From contig NC_135805.1 of the NCBI RefSeq assembly GCF_964213995.1, positions 45,632,001 through 45,696,000 of the forward strand: DNA of 64,000 bases, written 5' to 3'. Positions 12,711 to 25,148 of this stretch are shown here, one piece after another (position 1 is the stretch's first letter; the number at the start of each line of letters is the position of its first letter). The notes under the pieces were generated by a model. That model was not told the origin of the DNA, did not search any database, and worked only from the letters and a program-made list of their open reading frames with translations. Position numbers and translations under genes: made by a program. The stretch is from Mustelus asterias (lineage: Eukaryota).

Positions 12711-12822
12711 TGGTTCCTAGAAGTCAGGATTGTCCCCTTTGTGTTCCTGATTAGTGTTAAATTTTGATCTGAATATTCACCCAGATTTTAAAATAGCTTT
12801 TTTGCAAAACGGTTCCATCTAG

Positions 12823-13073
12823 GTTGCCGGCTGGTATCATTTGCTGCTGCAAGAAATATTATTTAAGGAGGCGGTATGTGCTCGTGATGTCCACATGTCA
12901 GGGTTTCCTCATGAGGCAGTGATCTGCCTTAGACCAAACTGGCAGCACCAGGTTAATCGCTTCCTAAATAAAGCTCCTCTTCCAACCATGGAAGAATTGG
13001 TCCAGCTCAGGGATTTGGCTGATTACATTCCGGATGCTCTTCAGAGGAGACGGGGAAAATTTCTCTCCCATCA
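12823..13073 (+). CDS. Actin-fusion gene exon (VAGWYHLLLQE...FLSH)
   Basis: ccatctag acceptor, ca|gtaagt donor, phase 0-2. Confidence 0.85.
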
Positions 13074-13185
13074 GTAAGTATTGGCGTCGTGCTTTATTTT
13101 CAAATATATTGAGAGATTTATACACATCAGCTGTGTCTTTTTTTATATATCTTTTGGCCGAGATATTTCTTTTTCCTCCATTCAG

Positions 13186-14337
13186 GTGCTTAATTGTCAG
13201 AAAGTTATTGACCTCTCTGGGGCAGGTCTTGCTGGTCGACTTAGAACAAGCAATTCAGTGGCAAGGGATGTATTTAGAGAGACTGCAAAGTGCAATGCTT
13301 CATCGTGCTCATTCATCTGTGGATACCAGGATCAGCAGCAAGGGTGCCGCCAAGGCACGGAAAACTGCCAGTGAAGCAGGCGTTATCCAAGGACAGTTCA
13401 TTGAAAGTAAACCAAAACCAGGAAATGGTTTTGAACAGTGTACAACGTCCACAGAGAAGCGTTCTCAGGGAAGTGAGGAAATCGATCGCAGTAGGGATGA
13501 TCACGATTGTGACCATGTTGACGCGAAGCTGCAATTAAGTACTTTTCGATCCACCTATCAAACAGTCCTTGTTCAACCGGACCAAAAAGGCAGGACGTTG
13601 ACCAAAAAACCCCCATCTTTAAGTTCTTTTGACTCCGGAATCGATGGAGCTGGGAGCTGCAATTTTGAGACTGGAAGTTACGACGTAGCCAATAGGGAAC
13701 CCAAGGTAAAAGGAATCTCGGAATTATCACTTAAAAGTAAAACGACAAAATTAAGTGAAGAGGATAGAGTTAGTGAGAATGACTCTGATGAATGGCCAGG
13801 ACTTGATAAATTTGGATTTGCTGAAGCCCCGTCCGTATCAAGTGAAGTACAGCCCCTTTCAAAATGTAATGCTTTAAACTTTGAGATCAAAGTGAGGCGT
13901 TCAGCTAGCTTGCCTAAGAATCCTTGGATTAGCCTTCCTGTTGAAGATCTTGAAAAGTCCTATATCGTCACAATTACCCCCAAGAAACCTCTATTGGAGA
14001 CTGGCCTCAAACATGCAATAACTGGCAGCAGTAATATGGTGCATGAAAGTGAAGAAAGAAGTGTGGACCTGTTTACTGACACTGCTCCAAGATTGAACAG
14101 CCTGGAGGCAACACCAGGTCAGGTGAAAGGTCCAGAAAAGGAGCAAGTTTTAATTTTTGAGGAAAATGATGTGCAATCTGTTGGAAAAATTAATTGCGTA
14201 CAGTCCTGCATGGACCATAGTTTGAATTCTACGGAACAGTTTGATGAAGATCTGGAAGATAGGACTCCAGAAGTGCTGTGTGATAATTATGAACTGCGTG
14301 GTGCCGAAAAACAACTGGAACGGAATAAGAACGAAAG
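13186..14337 (+). CDS. Actin-fusion gene large exon (CLIVRKLL...RNKNE), mostly low-complexity/disordered
   Basis: ttttcctccattcag acceptor completes the CA|G codon across a 112-nt intron. 1152 nt open; ag|gtatta donor in phase 2. Confidence 0.85.
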
Positions 14338-14491
14338 GTATTACATTGCTGCATTCTTCTCTATCCCATCTTCTGCTAAAACACTCCCACATACTTTCTG
14401 AAAATTCATTTAAGAGATTAAAATTCATTTAAGAGAATTAAATTCCTTTTGATATCGGCCAAGCAATATGATCTTCATTCCCTGATGAAGT

Positions 14492-14760
14492 TTAGTTTAT
14501 AAAGTTTATTCATTAGTGTCACACGTAGGTTTACATTAACACTGCAATGAAGTTACTGTGAAAATCCCCTCGTCATCTCACTCCGGCGCTTGTTCGGGTA
14601 CACTGAGGGAGAATTTAGCATGGCCACCTAACCAGCACTTTGGACTGTGGGAGGAAACCCATGCAGACACAGGGAGAATGTGCAGATTCCGCACAGACAG
14701 TGATCCAAGCCAGGAATCGAACCCAGGTCCCTGGCACTGTGAGGCAGCAGTGCCAGCCAC
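14492..14760 (-). mobile_element. V-SINE tail type B
   Basis: Same head, core and type B tail as 2577-2876. Confidence 0.8.
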
Positions 14761-15455
14761 CTCGGATCAAATGAGAGCCAATAATTATAGTTACAGCGCA
14801 GTTGGTGGCCACAAGGATCTACCCACTCAGTCCCATTCCCCTGTCCTTTCCCCAGAGTAACTCACATTTCTCCTCTTCAGATGTTTTCCAACCCCCTTTT
14901 GAAAGTTATTATTAAATTTACTTCCATCATTCTTTTGTGCAGTGCATGTCAAATCACCTCTTGTCTTCTCACCTCTGGGTCTTTTACAGGTTAGCATTCA
15001 ATCTGTGTCCTCTGGCCGCTGACCTCTCTGCCGTTGGAAACAGCTTCTCCTTATTTACTCTAACAAAATTCTTCATGATTTTGAGCAACCTCTCCTTCAC
15101 CTTCTCTGCTCTGAGGAGAATAACCCCAGCTTCTCCAGTCTTTCTGAATTCCCTCACCCCATTATCATTTGTGTAAATGCCCCATCAGGCCATGCTAACC
15201 TTCCTGTAGTGTGGTGCTTACAACGTTTGGGAGCTGTAATGTGAGTGAGTTTGGCAAAGACACCTCAAGTGGTGACACCAAATCTTGTTTTCTTACTTTA
15301 TTTTTTTTGGTTTAATAAAGTTCCTTAAAGTTGACAGTTATCTTTTTTAAAATGGATAGAGTATTAATTGATGTGCATTAACCTACTAATAAGGCACATC
15401 ACAGAATGATAGCACGTTTTGGTCCACCATTTTCCCCATCAAGTGACCCAAGCCA

Positions 15456-16140
15456 GGGAGGTGATGGCCCAGTGGTGTTATCGCTTAGACTATTAATCCA
15501 GAAACTCAGCTGATGTCCTGAGGACCTGGAATTAGAATCCCGCCACGGCAGATGGTGGAATTTGAATTCAATAAAAAATATCTGGAATTAAGAATCTACT
15601 GATGACCATGAAACCATTGTCGATTGTTGGAAAAGCCCATCTGGTTCATTAATGTCCGTTAAGGAAGGAAATTTGCCGTCCTTACTTGATCTGACCTAGA
15701 TGTGACTCCAGAGCCACAACAATGTGGCTGACTCTCAACTGCCCTTTGAAATGGGCCTAGCAAGCTCCTCAGTTGTATCAGCATTTCATGAAGGCAGCTC
15801 ACCACCACCTTCTAAAGTTAAAGTTTATTTATTAGTCACAAATGAGGCTTACATTAACACTGCAATGAAGTTCCCATGAAATTCCCCTAGTTGCCACACT
15901 CCATCGCCCGTTCATGTCAATGCACCTAACCAGCATGTCTTTCAGACTGTGGGAGGAAACCCATGCAGACATGGGGAGAACGTGCAAACTCCACACAGAC
16001 AGTGACCCGAGCCTGGTATCGAACCCAGGTCCCTGGCGCTGTGAGGCAGCAGTGCTAACCACTGTGCCACTGGCAAAGGGCAACTGGGGATGGGCAATAA
16101 ATGCTGGCCTAGCCAGCGACGCCTATGTCCCATGAATGAA
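15456..16140 (+). mobile_element. SINE family C with a nested antisense V-SINE type B (about 15815-16070)
   Basis: Family C body stops near 15812 and its tail (gggcaactggggatgggcaataaatgctggcc) resumes after 16070. Confidence 0.75.
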
Positions 16141-16505
16141 GTCCAAAAGAGGAGATGCTGTTTGGAAGGTGAGGCAATTCTTCATAAGCAGAGAATTAAA
16201 ATCAGATGCAGTCAGCACAATGTATTCCTGTTCACCTCCGAGAGAGTAAGGAACAGATGATCAGATAAGCCCCCCTAGCCTCATGCCTAATGTGGAGAGG
16301 GAAGAAAGAAAATCAAAACTGATTCAGGAAATGCCAGAAGGACTCCACAGCTCAGGCAGTATGTGTAGAGAGAACAGCAGGCGTAACATTCCGGGTAGGG
16401 GCATTTTGCCAGAGCCAGCTTCTTCCCATTTTAATGCACAGGATGTAATACACAGGACTGTTCGCCAAAGCACAGCCATTAATTTATTCCACTTGCCACG
16501 TGTAG

Positions 16506-16617
16506 TGAACATGCTTCATTAACCGAATCAAAGCTGGATGACGGGGACATGAAGGAACAGGAAAAGCTTCAGGACGATATTGAAAAGCTTCTGCTGATGA
16601 CAGCCAAAATCTTAGAG
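16506..16617 (+). CDS. Actin-fusion gene exon (EHASLTESK...TAKILE), coiled coil
   Basis: gtgtag acceptor gives a phase-2 start matching the previous donor; gag|gtaaga donor. Confidence 0.8.
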
Positions 16618-17069
16618 GTAAGAGTGAAGTACTTCTGTTTGATTGAATCATTCCTTTATATTTGCTCATTAATGTGGTGCCTGAGCTGTGGAGTCACAAA
16701 TGAGGCAACTGAAGATGCCATTGCCACAGGTTGGGGTGCGGAAAGTGTCTGAAGATGCAAGGTAAGAGAGCTTGGGGTTGGTGGTGGTGTGTGTGTGTGT
16801 GGGGGGGGGGGGTCGGGGGTGGGGGGCAGAATTAAGGCTAAGATTCCGGAGGTGGGAAGGTAGGGGGACAGGGAGGGGTTGCTGAGGTCATGGAGGGATT
16901 TGTAGCTGATGACAAGGATTTGTAAACAAGGGTGAGGGTCAAGCTCAGTCTGTAAGGATGGGTGTGTGTGACAGGATGTGGAATTTCTGAAAGGTATGGC
17001 TTTAGAGAACGCAGTGTTATCGGAGTGAGGTTAAGGAGATTGGCAGCAGCAGAGATAAAGTAGAAATAG

Positions 17070-17260
17070 ACCCCCTTCAGGATCTTACATGTTTCAATCA
17101 AGTCGTCTCTTATTCTTTTGAACTCCAGCAAATACAAACCTCGCCTCTCCAGTCTTTCCTCATAAGACAACCCGCCCATTCCAGGAATTTGGCCAGTAAA
17201 CCTTCTCTGAAATGCTCCCAACTTACATCTTTCCTTAAATAAGGAGGCCAATATTGTACA
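17070..17260 (-). mobile_element. CR1 LINE fragment
   Basis: QRRFTGQIPGMGGLSYEERLERRGLYLLE. Confidence 0.75.
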
Positions 17261-18166
17261 TGGTAATAGGACAACATTAGATTCAGTTCACCAAGAATAC
17301 AACAACTACATCAAATGAAGCAATATAATAGTGAGAAAGAAACATTCATTTGGTATGCAGGTTTTTTCACATATTAGTGGGGAGGGTGTGGGGGGGGGGG
17401 GGGGGGGGGGGTCGCGGTTGGGACTGTTGTGGGGGGCGCAGGACTGCCGGGGGATGGGGTTTGGGGAGATCAGGGGGTCTGGCCAAGGGTCAGGGAGATT
17501 GGGGCTGGCTGCAGGGTGGAGGGGGGGACATCGGGGCTGGCCCGGAGACGTCCAGGAGGCCAGCGATTGAGGGTGGGGGGTCACATAGCCAGCAATGTGG
17601 GGTCATGGGGCTGGCCAGCGATCGGGAGGCCGGCAGTGCAGGGCTACTGCACATGTACCGATCTCCGCTATGACAGATCGGTGAATGCGCAGTGGCCCGC
17701 TCAGCACTATGCTGCCGGCCTTTCCAGCGGGAATAGGCCCTGCCCCCAGATTTTCACTGTGAATCTCCCTGAGGCACTCTGCAGTGTGCACAGTGTGTGG
17801 GAGATTCGTTTTCAAAATCCCACTTAAAAAAACAGTGGGAAAAACTCCTGTTTTTACGTGAATTCGGCACTTAGAATTTTTGGGGGAGAATCCTGGCCAA
17901 CATATCCTACAATGGACCGGCATAGCTGGAATGCACGTGGTTCCCCAGCAGGACACTTCTTATCTGGTGGAAGTAAGTGGAGTTAAAGGGAAGGGCTTGC
18001 AGCCAAAAAGCAAACCTGCCTTTTGGCTTTTGAGAAGCTGTCTGATCTGTGTGTTCCCACCAGCGTTTAAACCAGCACCTTCCAGTTCTTTGTTTAGTGC
18101 CAACAACAACATGAGTAATGACGCAGGTTTTCCTGGGTTTTAAATGATGCCATCTTTTGGATCCAG

Positions 18167-18307
18167 GAGGAAGAAGATGTGCTCAGACAAGAAAAAGAGC
18201 TGGAGTTTCTTTTACAGCTGGAAGATGGTGAATGCTATGGTGATGCTGGAGAGAACAACCCAGCAGCTGACATGCACAGAGACCAAGGCATTGGGAGCAA
18301 TGAGAAG
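18167..18307 (+). CDS. Actin-fusion gene exon (EEEDVLRQEKELEFLLQ...GSNEK)
   Basis: ttttggatccag acceptor, aag|gtagtc donor, phase 0-0; continues the coiled coil from the previous exon. Confidence 0.75.
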
Positions 18308-18982
18308 GTAGTCCTCTCAAAAGTAATTTTTCTGTGATTTTCAGTAGCCAGATGTTGGAGTCACTTGTCACTTAATTCTGATTCTGCTGCAGATGAAAAA
18401 AATATTTTAATAATTGGGTTGGACGTCTGTAAACATTGTTGATTCAAATGTTACTTTAAGTTCACGACCATTAATACCCATTTCTCGCACTGTTCTTTTT
18501 AGATTGTGACGAAAATTTACAGGAACAATCTTCTAAGTACTGACAAACATATATAGCTTTCACCCACCATGATTTTCCAACTATTAAAATTAACGGACAG
18601 AAAATTCCTGGGGATTATGTCCGCAATTTCCTGACATGCTGACACTGACGCATTTACCCGACTGGAAATATCCTGTTTTTTCCCTGAAAACATCAGGACA
18701 GATGTTTGTTGTTTTCAGTCCTCCTCCTGTTGGTACATACAAGGAGCACAGGTCAGGGAATCGGGGCACAAGTGTCAGTCACCTTCCACCATCTCGTTTG
18801 GTTTGGTTTGCCACAAGCATGGAAAACAAAAAAATTGCCCTGTTAGAGATCTTTGTAAAATGTTATCATTTGATTGAAGTTATGTTCTATGGCTAATTGT
18901 TTTTCCTCTGTTAGTCATATCTTTTGTAGGAGCTGTGACTGAAGCAAGGGTAATGTCATGGGGTAAATTTGACATGTTCTTT

Positions 18983-19285
18983 ATAGAATCATAGAATCTA
19001 CAGTGCAGAAGGAGGCCATTTAGCCCATCGAGCCTGCACCGACAACAATCCCACCCAGGTCTTATCCCCACACCCCATATGACACTAATGGACAATTTAC
19101 CATGGCCAATCAGCCTAACCCGCACATCTTTGGAGTGTGGGAGGAAACCGGAGCACCCGGAGGAAACCCACGCAGACACGGGGAAAACGTGCAGACTCCA
19201 CACACAGTGACCCGAGGCCGGAATCGAATCTGGATCCCTGGTACTGTGAGGCAGCAGTGCTAACCACTTTGCCACCATGCCACCC
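18983..19285 (-). mobile_element. HE1/V-SINE type A
   Basis: Head, core and CR1-type tail. Confidence 0.85.
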
Positions 19286-19793
19286 TTGTGCTCAGGTTGA
19301 GAAATCAGTATCCTGAGGAAATGAGCTTCAAATGCTTGTAGGTCAGGCAAAGCACAAGTTGAGTGGGTATGTGCTGCCCGGTTGAAATATTTTAATCCTC
19401 AGCCTTAGAAGAATACTTCACCAATGCCCCCCTCTCAGATTACTAGGAATCTTGATAGACTCTTCGGCCAGAGTTTTCCAATCCTTCACAGGATCTTCCA
19501 GTCCCGCTGATGTGAGCAGAGATTTCAATGGCTCACCAACCCTGCTGTGGGTTCTGACTGTATTATATGGCCTTTGGGTGAGACTGTGAGTTTGTGTCAG
19601 CATATTACGGCCCATGCCCAATATAAACCTTTTTGAGATGTCACATCCTGGATTGATTCTTGGCTCCCATCTAGCCAAGATTAGGATCAACCCATTTCTC
19701 ATGCCGAGAGGACAATGAGCAAATTCACTCGCACAACCTCCTGATCTTTAGCATTTTTAAGTAACTCATTTACTAAAGAATCTTTTGTTCCAG

Positions 19794-21662
19794 GTCATGA
19801 TGTCCCTGAGTGAGCTTTCAGAAGCCGGAGTGATTGGATTGGAGGACTACGAGTGGCCTGAAATGGAACAGCACGATTGTCATTGCGGTTTCACCCAATC
19901 ACGTTTAGCTTGTGATATGGCCAATATGCAACAGGACAGAAGCTTCAATCCTTACAGTGGCTTTTTCACAACTGAATGTAAAGCTACTGTTTCAACTCCA
20001 GGGTCATACTGGGGATTACACAATGACCCCAGATTACTGCAAGAATTGAAAGAACTAAATCAAATTGAGGACAGAATTCTGGAAGAGAACTTGAAGCTAA
20101 GAGAGTTGTGTTCCTCTGAGGACGAGCGGAATGCTCAAGTGCAAAACCCAGGCGAGTCAAACCCAAACAAAGATAGAATAAAGTTCTTGACTGAGCTGGA
20201 GAGAGAAAGGAAAGAGGTTGAGAAAATGGAGCAAAGTCTAGCTAGAGAAGAACAAATGAAATACCAGAATTTAAAGAGACTGCCACAAGTATCTTCAAAG
20301 GCGGGATGTGGTAATCAAAAGAAAAGAACTGTGAAACCATCTGCACATGTTCGAAGCTCTTATTCAAAGTCTGGTTCAAGAGCTGAAGTAAAAACCCAAT
20401 GTGGATTAGCAGATGTGAATTTAAAGTCCAGTAAACCCAGTTACTCTGCAAATGGTTTTGATTCAGACTCCAGTCAGGACCAATTTTGTGTCAAGCATAC
20501 TTCAGGCAAAACTCCTCCACCTGTAAAGGGAGTTCGTATCTCAAAAAAAAAGACCGCCAAAAAAATACATTCCAAAACAAATGAGCTGCCAGACCCAGTT
20601 CTTGGTGCGGTTATTAATCATGCTGTTCCTATGCAAGAAGAAAGTGACACAGCAGGTACAAAAGACGACCAGACATTTAATACTCATCCACGCGATGAAA
20701 TTCTTGTGCAGGTTATTCATTCAAATCAGCAGGAAACCATTGAAAATAATGAAAGTTATACAGCTGGCTGTAAAAACCAAAGTGACATAACTGTGCAAAC
20801 TAAAGAAAAGCCAACACCAGTGCTACGGACTGGCATACCTGTGAAAGTGGAAAAGTTTCCGGCTCCTGCGCGTTCTCTGCGCTCCCCTGGTGAATCCCTT
20901 GGAGACGCTGTGGTGATGGAGAATGGGAAGGAAGTCCAGCTGAGAGTCCCAGTGCCCAAGCCCAGAAAAATCATTAACCTGTGCCAAACCACAAGTTGCC
21001 CAAATCAGTGTTCAGAAAATTCCGGTGCTTCACTGAAACCTGGTGAACATTGGGAATTTTCAGAGTTTGTGGGAAACTGCGCTGTTTCAAAGGAGTCCAG
21101 AATGCCAGAGCCTGTGACCACTAGTGCGGCACCCAAACCAGATCCACAGATGGAGCGCCAAGATCAATCTGAAGAGATGAAAAAGGACCATGTGGGCGTA
21201 AATTCTTCCAACTTGATTGACAGCTCAACAAACATGCATATCGGCCCAGTAAACTGTAAGAAAGATGATCCTGTCCCTGAAGCAAGCGCTTTTGTAAACA
21301 CTGAGAAAATGCGTTTTGGGGAAAAAGACTCCAAATTAGTAATAAAGTTAGATGTATACGGTGAAACGAAATATGATGCACAACACATTCCCTTATTTAA
21401 TGAAGCAATACAGAAAACCAGCGCAAGTAACATAAGGAGCTTAGGATCAGGAAAGGATTGCAAACCTGAGATGTTGCAATTTAATGAATGCAGAAGCGAT
21501 GAGACTCAGATGGATTCTTTGCACATAATTGATGATACAAGCCACACACATGATTGTCCAAATCGAGACTTACATCCTGTATTTGAAGATGGTCTTGCAA
21601 AGTTATCTGTGGCACATAAACCACCAATCAATGCACACATTTTTCAAGTATCCGTTATGAAG
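19794..21662 (+). CDS. Actin-fusion gene 1869-nt exon (two coiled-coil segments followed by a long disordered linker)
   Basis: ttttgttccag acceptor, aag|gtaacc donor, phase 0-0; 623 open codons with no TE similarity noticed. Confidence 0.9.
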
Positions 21663-22649
21663 GTAACCAAAGATGATTTACTTTTTATTAGGATAGATAT
21701 CTATCCATTGTTGATGTTGATGTAATTTTTATGATCTCAAATATATGAGTAAAGTCTCCGAGGAGCTTGCATTTTGCTCTTGATTGGCTCTTTATTGGAA
21801 CTTAAAGGCAACATTAATGTGAAGATTAATGAAGAATGAGTTGATTTAATTTCAAAAGGTTGATTGGCCATAGTAAATTGCCCCATAGCGTAAGGGAGAA
21901 TAGCAGAATAAATACAAGGGATTAAGGGGATAGGGCCTGGGTGGGATTGTGGGCCAAATGGCCTCCTTCTGAATGTAGGGATTCTATGATTCGATGAGGT
22001 ACATTGTGCCCCACCTCCGTTACCAGTTATTTCCTTCAGAGTCATGAATCTCTCTGTGTCAGATTTTCTTCTCAATTATCTGCATCACCCCTGAGTTAAC
22101 TTATCTATCTTTTGTTTTTTTTCTTTCCTTCTGCACCTGTGGAGATAAAAAGCCCAATAGCGGGATTATCCAGCCCTTCCCGCTGGCAGGATCTTCCGGT
22201 CCAGCCAAAGTTCACCCCTGCCACAGGTTCCCCAGTGGTGAGACAGGCGATCCACGCAAAAAGCTGTAGACTGCGGTGGGCCCGCTTATTGTATTTAAAA
22301 TATATTGAAATTGACATTCAAATCATTTCCACGTCTTCCCACCGATTTCCAGCGTGGAGCAGGCACCACTGCTGGTAATCCGGCGCTGGGAGAATCTATC
22401 TCGGCGGGAACGCATGCGTGAATCCCACGCATCGCCTGCCGCAAGATTCTCCCGGCCCACTGCGCTAAAAAATTAGCAGCGGGATGGGAGAATCACCCCC
22501 AGGTGTTTGATCTTGCCCTCCTTTCGCTTCCTCTTAAACTCATGTAAGTGTCTCCTCATAGGGGAGAGTAGGAGGCTCGAAACGGACAAACTATTTCCGA
22601 TCTTTGCCCATTAGCACTTGGTCAGAATAAACTAGCTAAAATCTGAGGT

Positions 22650-22880
22650 CACGTACCAACGGACTCAAGAACAGCTTCTTCCCTGCTGCCATCAGACTTT
22701 TGAGTGGACCTACCTCACATTAAGTTGATCTTTCTCTACACCCTAGCTATGACTGTAACACTACATTCTGCACTCTCTCGTTTCCTTCTCTATGAACGGT
22801 ATGCTTTATCTGTATAGCGCGCAAGAAACAATACTTTTCACTGTATGCTAATACATGTGACAATAATAAATCAAATCAAA
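22650..22880 (+). mobile_element. Rex1/Babar-like LINE 3' end
   Basis: Near-identical to 50770-50995; tail gtgacaataataaatcaaatc. Confidence 0.75.
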
Positions 22881-23107
22881 AAGTTGGTAAACATCGTATC
22901 AATATTTTATGAAACGGATAACATTTTCCTGTATAATAGAAAGAAAGCTTGTTCAGACAAACGGTCATCCAGACTCAAAACGTTGGCTCTATTCTCTCCT
23001 CATAGATGCTGTCAGACCTGCTGAGATTTTCCAGCATTTTCTGGTTTTGTTTGTGAAAGCCTGTTATTGTCAGACTGCTGAATTTGATAACTATTTGACA
23101 AGACAAT

Positions 23108-23590
23108 CACTTGTAGAAGCAGGAGTAGGCCATTTGGCCCTTCGAGCCTGCTCCACCATTCATTTTGATCATGGCTGGTCATCAAATTTAATATCCTGAT
23201 CTCCCCTTCCCCCCATATCCCTTGATCCCTTTAGCCCCAAGAGCTATATCTACTTTCTTCTTGAAATCAGACAATGTTTTGGCCTCAACTATATTCTATG
23301 GTATTGAATTCCACACATTCACCTCCCTCTGGGTGAAGAAATTTCTCCTCATCTCAGTTCTAAAAGATTTACCCCTTACCCTCAAACTATGACCCCTTGT
23401 TCTGGGCTCCTCCACATTGGGAACATTCATTCTGAATCTACTCTGTCTAACCCTGTTAGAATTTTAGAAGTTTCAATGAGATCCCCTCTCACTCTCCCGA
23501 ATTCCAGTGAATATAATCCTAACCGACTTAGTCTCTCCTCATATGACAGACCTGCCATCCCAGGAATCAGCCTGGTAAACCTTCGCTGTA
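23108..23590 (-). mobile_element. CR1 LINE 3' fragment
   Basis: Antisense of the CR1 ORF2 C-terminus and 3' UTR (ctcgaagggccaaatggcctactcctgct). Confidence 0.75.
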
Positions 23591-24430
23591 CTTATTGTCT
23601 TATGACATTCCCAACAAAGTAATGAATCTGGCTTGCATATGTTGTAGGATACTACACTGTACACACTTAATTCTGAGTGTGCCACATTGGATCATTTAGT
23701 ATGCAGGATGATAGCGGTGAATACACTTTTAGATGAAATATAAATCTACTCTTCAAAATATACAAAATATTAATGGCAGCTTACAGACATCAATCCCCCA
23801 CCCTGGACCCTTGGCGATCATGTGAAGTCCTTAACTCTCATTCTGCACTGAGGGGATTCTGAGGTAGTTATGGAGGTGCCCTTCATTCCTGTGCCACGTT
23901 CTTCCAAGTGACCCAGCCTGCTCTGTGGACAGAGTTCTTCTTACTCTTTCCCACCTGTGTCTAATTTTTGTCCACCTAGTTCATCCTTGATCCACAATTT
24001 GAAATTGCTGCATGCCGATTCTGCTTTGAGAGCACCAAAGAGACCAGTTTTTGGAGCAATGTTTTTATCTTTACCGGAGATTCCTGCTCCCCTTTCCTCC
24101 TGCTCCCCCACGCCCCAAAATATAATTCCTGGATCTCTCTATGTCACTGGTTGTAAATTTTTGTCCAACCCAAGCGCACATGAAAGCGATGGGACTTGCC
24201 ATTTCGGGACCTCTTTATTTTGTTCCTTTTTGTTTTGCATTAATATTAGTTATTTTATCCCACACAATATTCATGTTCTTGATATATTTTACTACATTTT
24301 GTATCACGAAATGAATACATTTTTAAATGTCCGTCACTGCATCGTAGGCCAATTTAAGGCTCAGAATGTCATCAGTAAGAGTGGGAAATGAGTACAGGCT
24401 GTTAACACATGTATTTTCTGTCACTGGCAG

Positions 24431-24553
24431 GTTTGTGATTATAACATACCAATTGTATTAGACACAGGCTCTGGACTGATGAAAGCTGGCTTTGCAAATC
24501 AGGACCTACCAACCACCATATTTCCAACAGTAATTGGGCGACCCAAATATGAG
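24431..24553 (+). CDS. Actin domain exon 1 (VCDYNIPIVLDTGSGLMKAGFANQDLPTTIFPTVIGRPKYE), actin residues 1-41
   Basis: ctggcag acceptor in phase 0, gag|gtaaat donor. Phosphate-1 loop DxGSG..KAGFA. Not shown in the ORF track. Confidence 0.95.
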
Positions 24554-24838
24554 GTAAATATTGCTGACTCTCAGCTTACTCGGAAACACCCAGACTAATC
24601 ATAAATTTGAAGCAGATTTTATGATAGAAAGTCTTTTCTACAGCGTCGGGTTTTTGCAGCATATTTAATATTAACCTTCAAGGAAGCTAACTCTTATGGT
24701 GAAGAAAATTACTGTCAATCTGTTCCTTTGTTTTATAAGTCATAATTAGTCATAAAACATAATTACATTGCCAATTAACAACCTTGGTTTGTTTATAGAA
24801 TGTCATGGTATCTTGCAGATTGGATCCGCTGATTGATT

Positions 24839-25148
24839 GGGCGGCATGGTGGCACAGTAGTTAGCACTGCTACCTCGCAGCGCCAGAGACCCTGGTTCGA
24901 ATTCCGGCTTTGGTCACTGTCTGTGTTTGCACATTCTCCCCGTGTCTGCGTGGGTTTCCTCCGGGTGCTCCGGTTTCCTCCCACAGTCCAAAGATGTGTG
25001 GGTTAGGTGGATTGGCTATGCTAAATTGCCCTTTAGTGTCAGACGGACTAGCTAGGGTAAATGTATGGGCGTGAGTGAGATTGTGGTCGGTGCAGATTTG
25101 ATGGGCCGAATGGCCTCCTTCTGCACTGTAGGATTCTACGATTTTCTA
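24839..25148 (+). mobile_element. HE1/V-SINE type A
   Basis: Full head, core and tail. Confidence 0.85.

Noticed and set aside
13034-14401. Stand-alone 455-aa and 646-aa (19785-21725) single-exon genes
   Set aside because: Both have strong splice sites near their ends with phases matching neighbouring exons; their termini are intron read-through.
14401-14445. Short tandem duplication aaaattcatttaagag
   Set aside because: Two to three degenerate units in an intron; ordinary slippage, with no spacers, so not CRISPR-like.
8690-17410. Long poly-C/poly-G runs (near 8700, 11020, 16800, 17395) as regulatory G-quadruplexes
   Set aside because: Most lie within GC-rich transposon-like repeats; homopolymer lengths are error-prone and nothing links them to function.
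22950-23055. Another hammerhead-bearing Penelope-like fragment
   Set aside because: Core is degenerate (cagacaa...caaaacgtt); the ribozyme cannot be supported.
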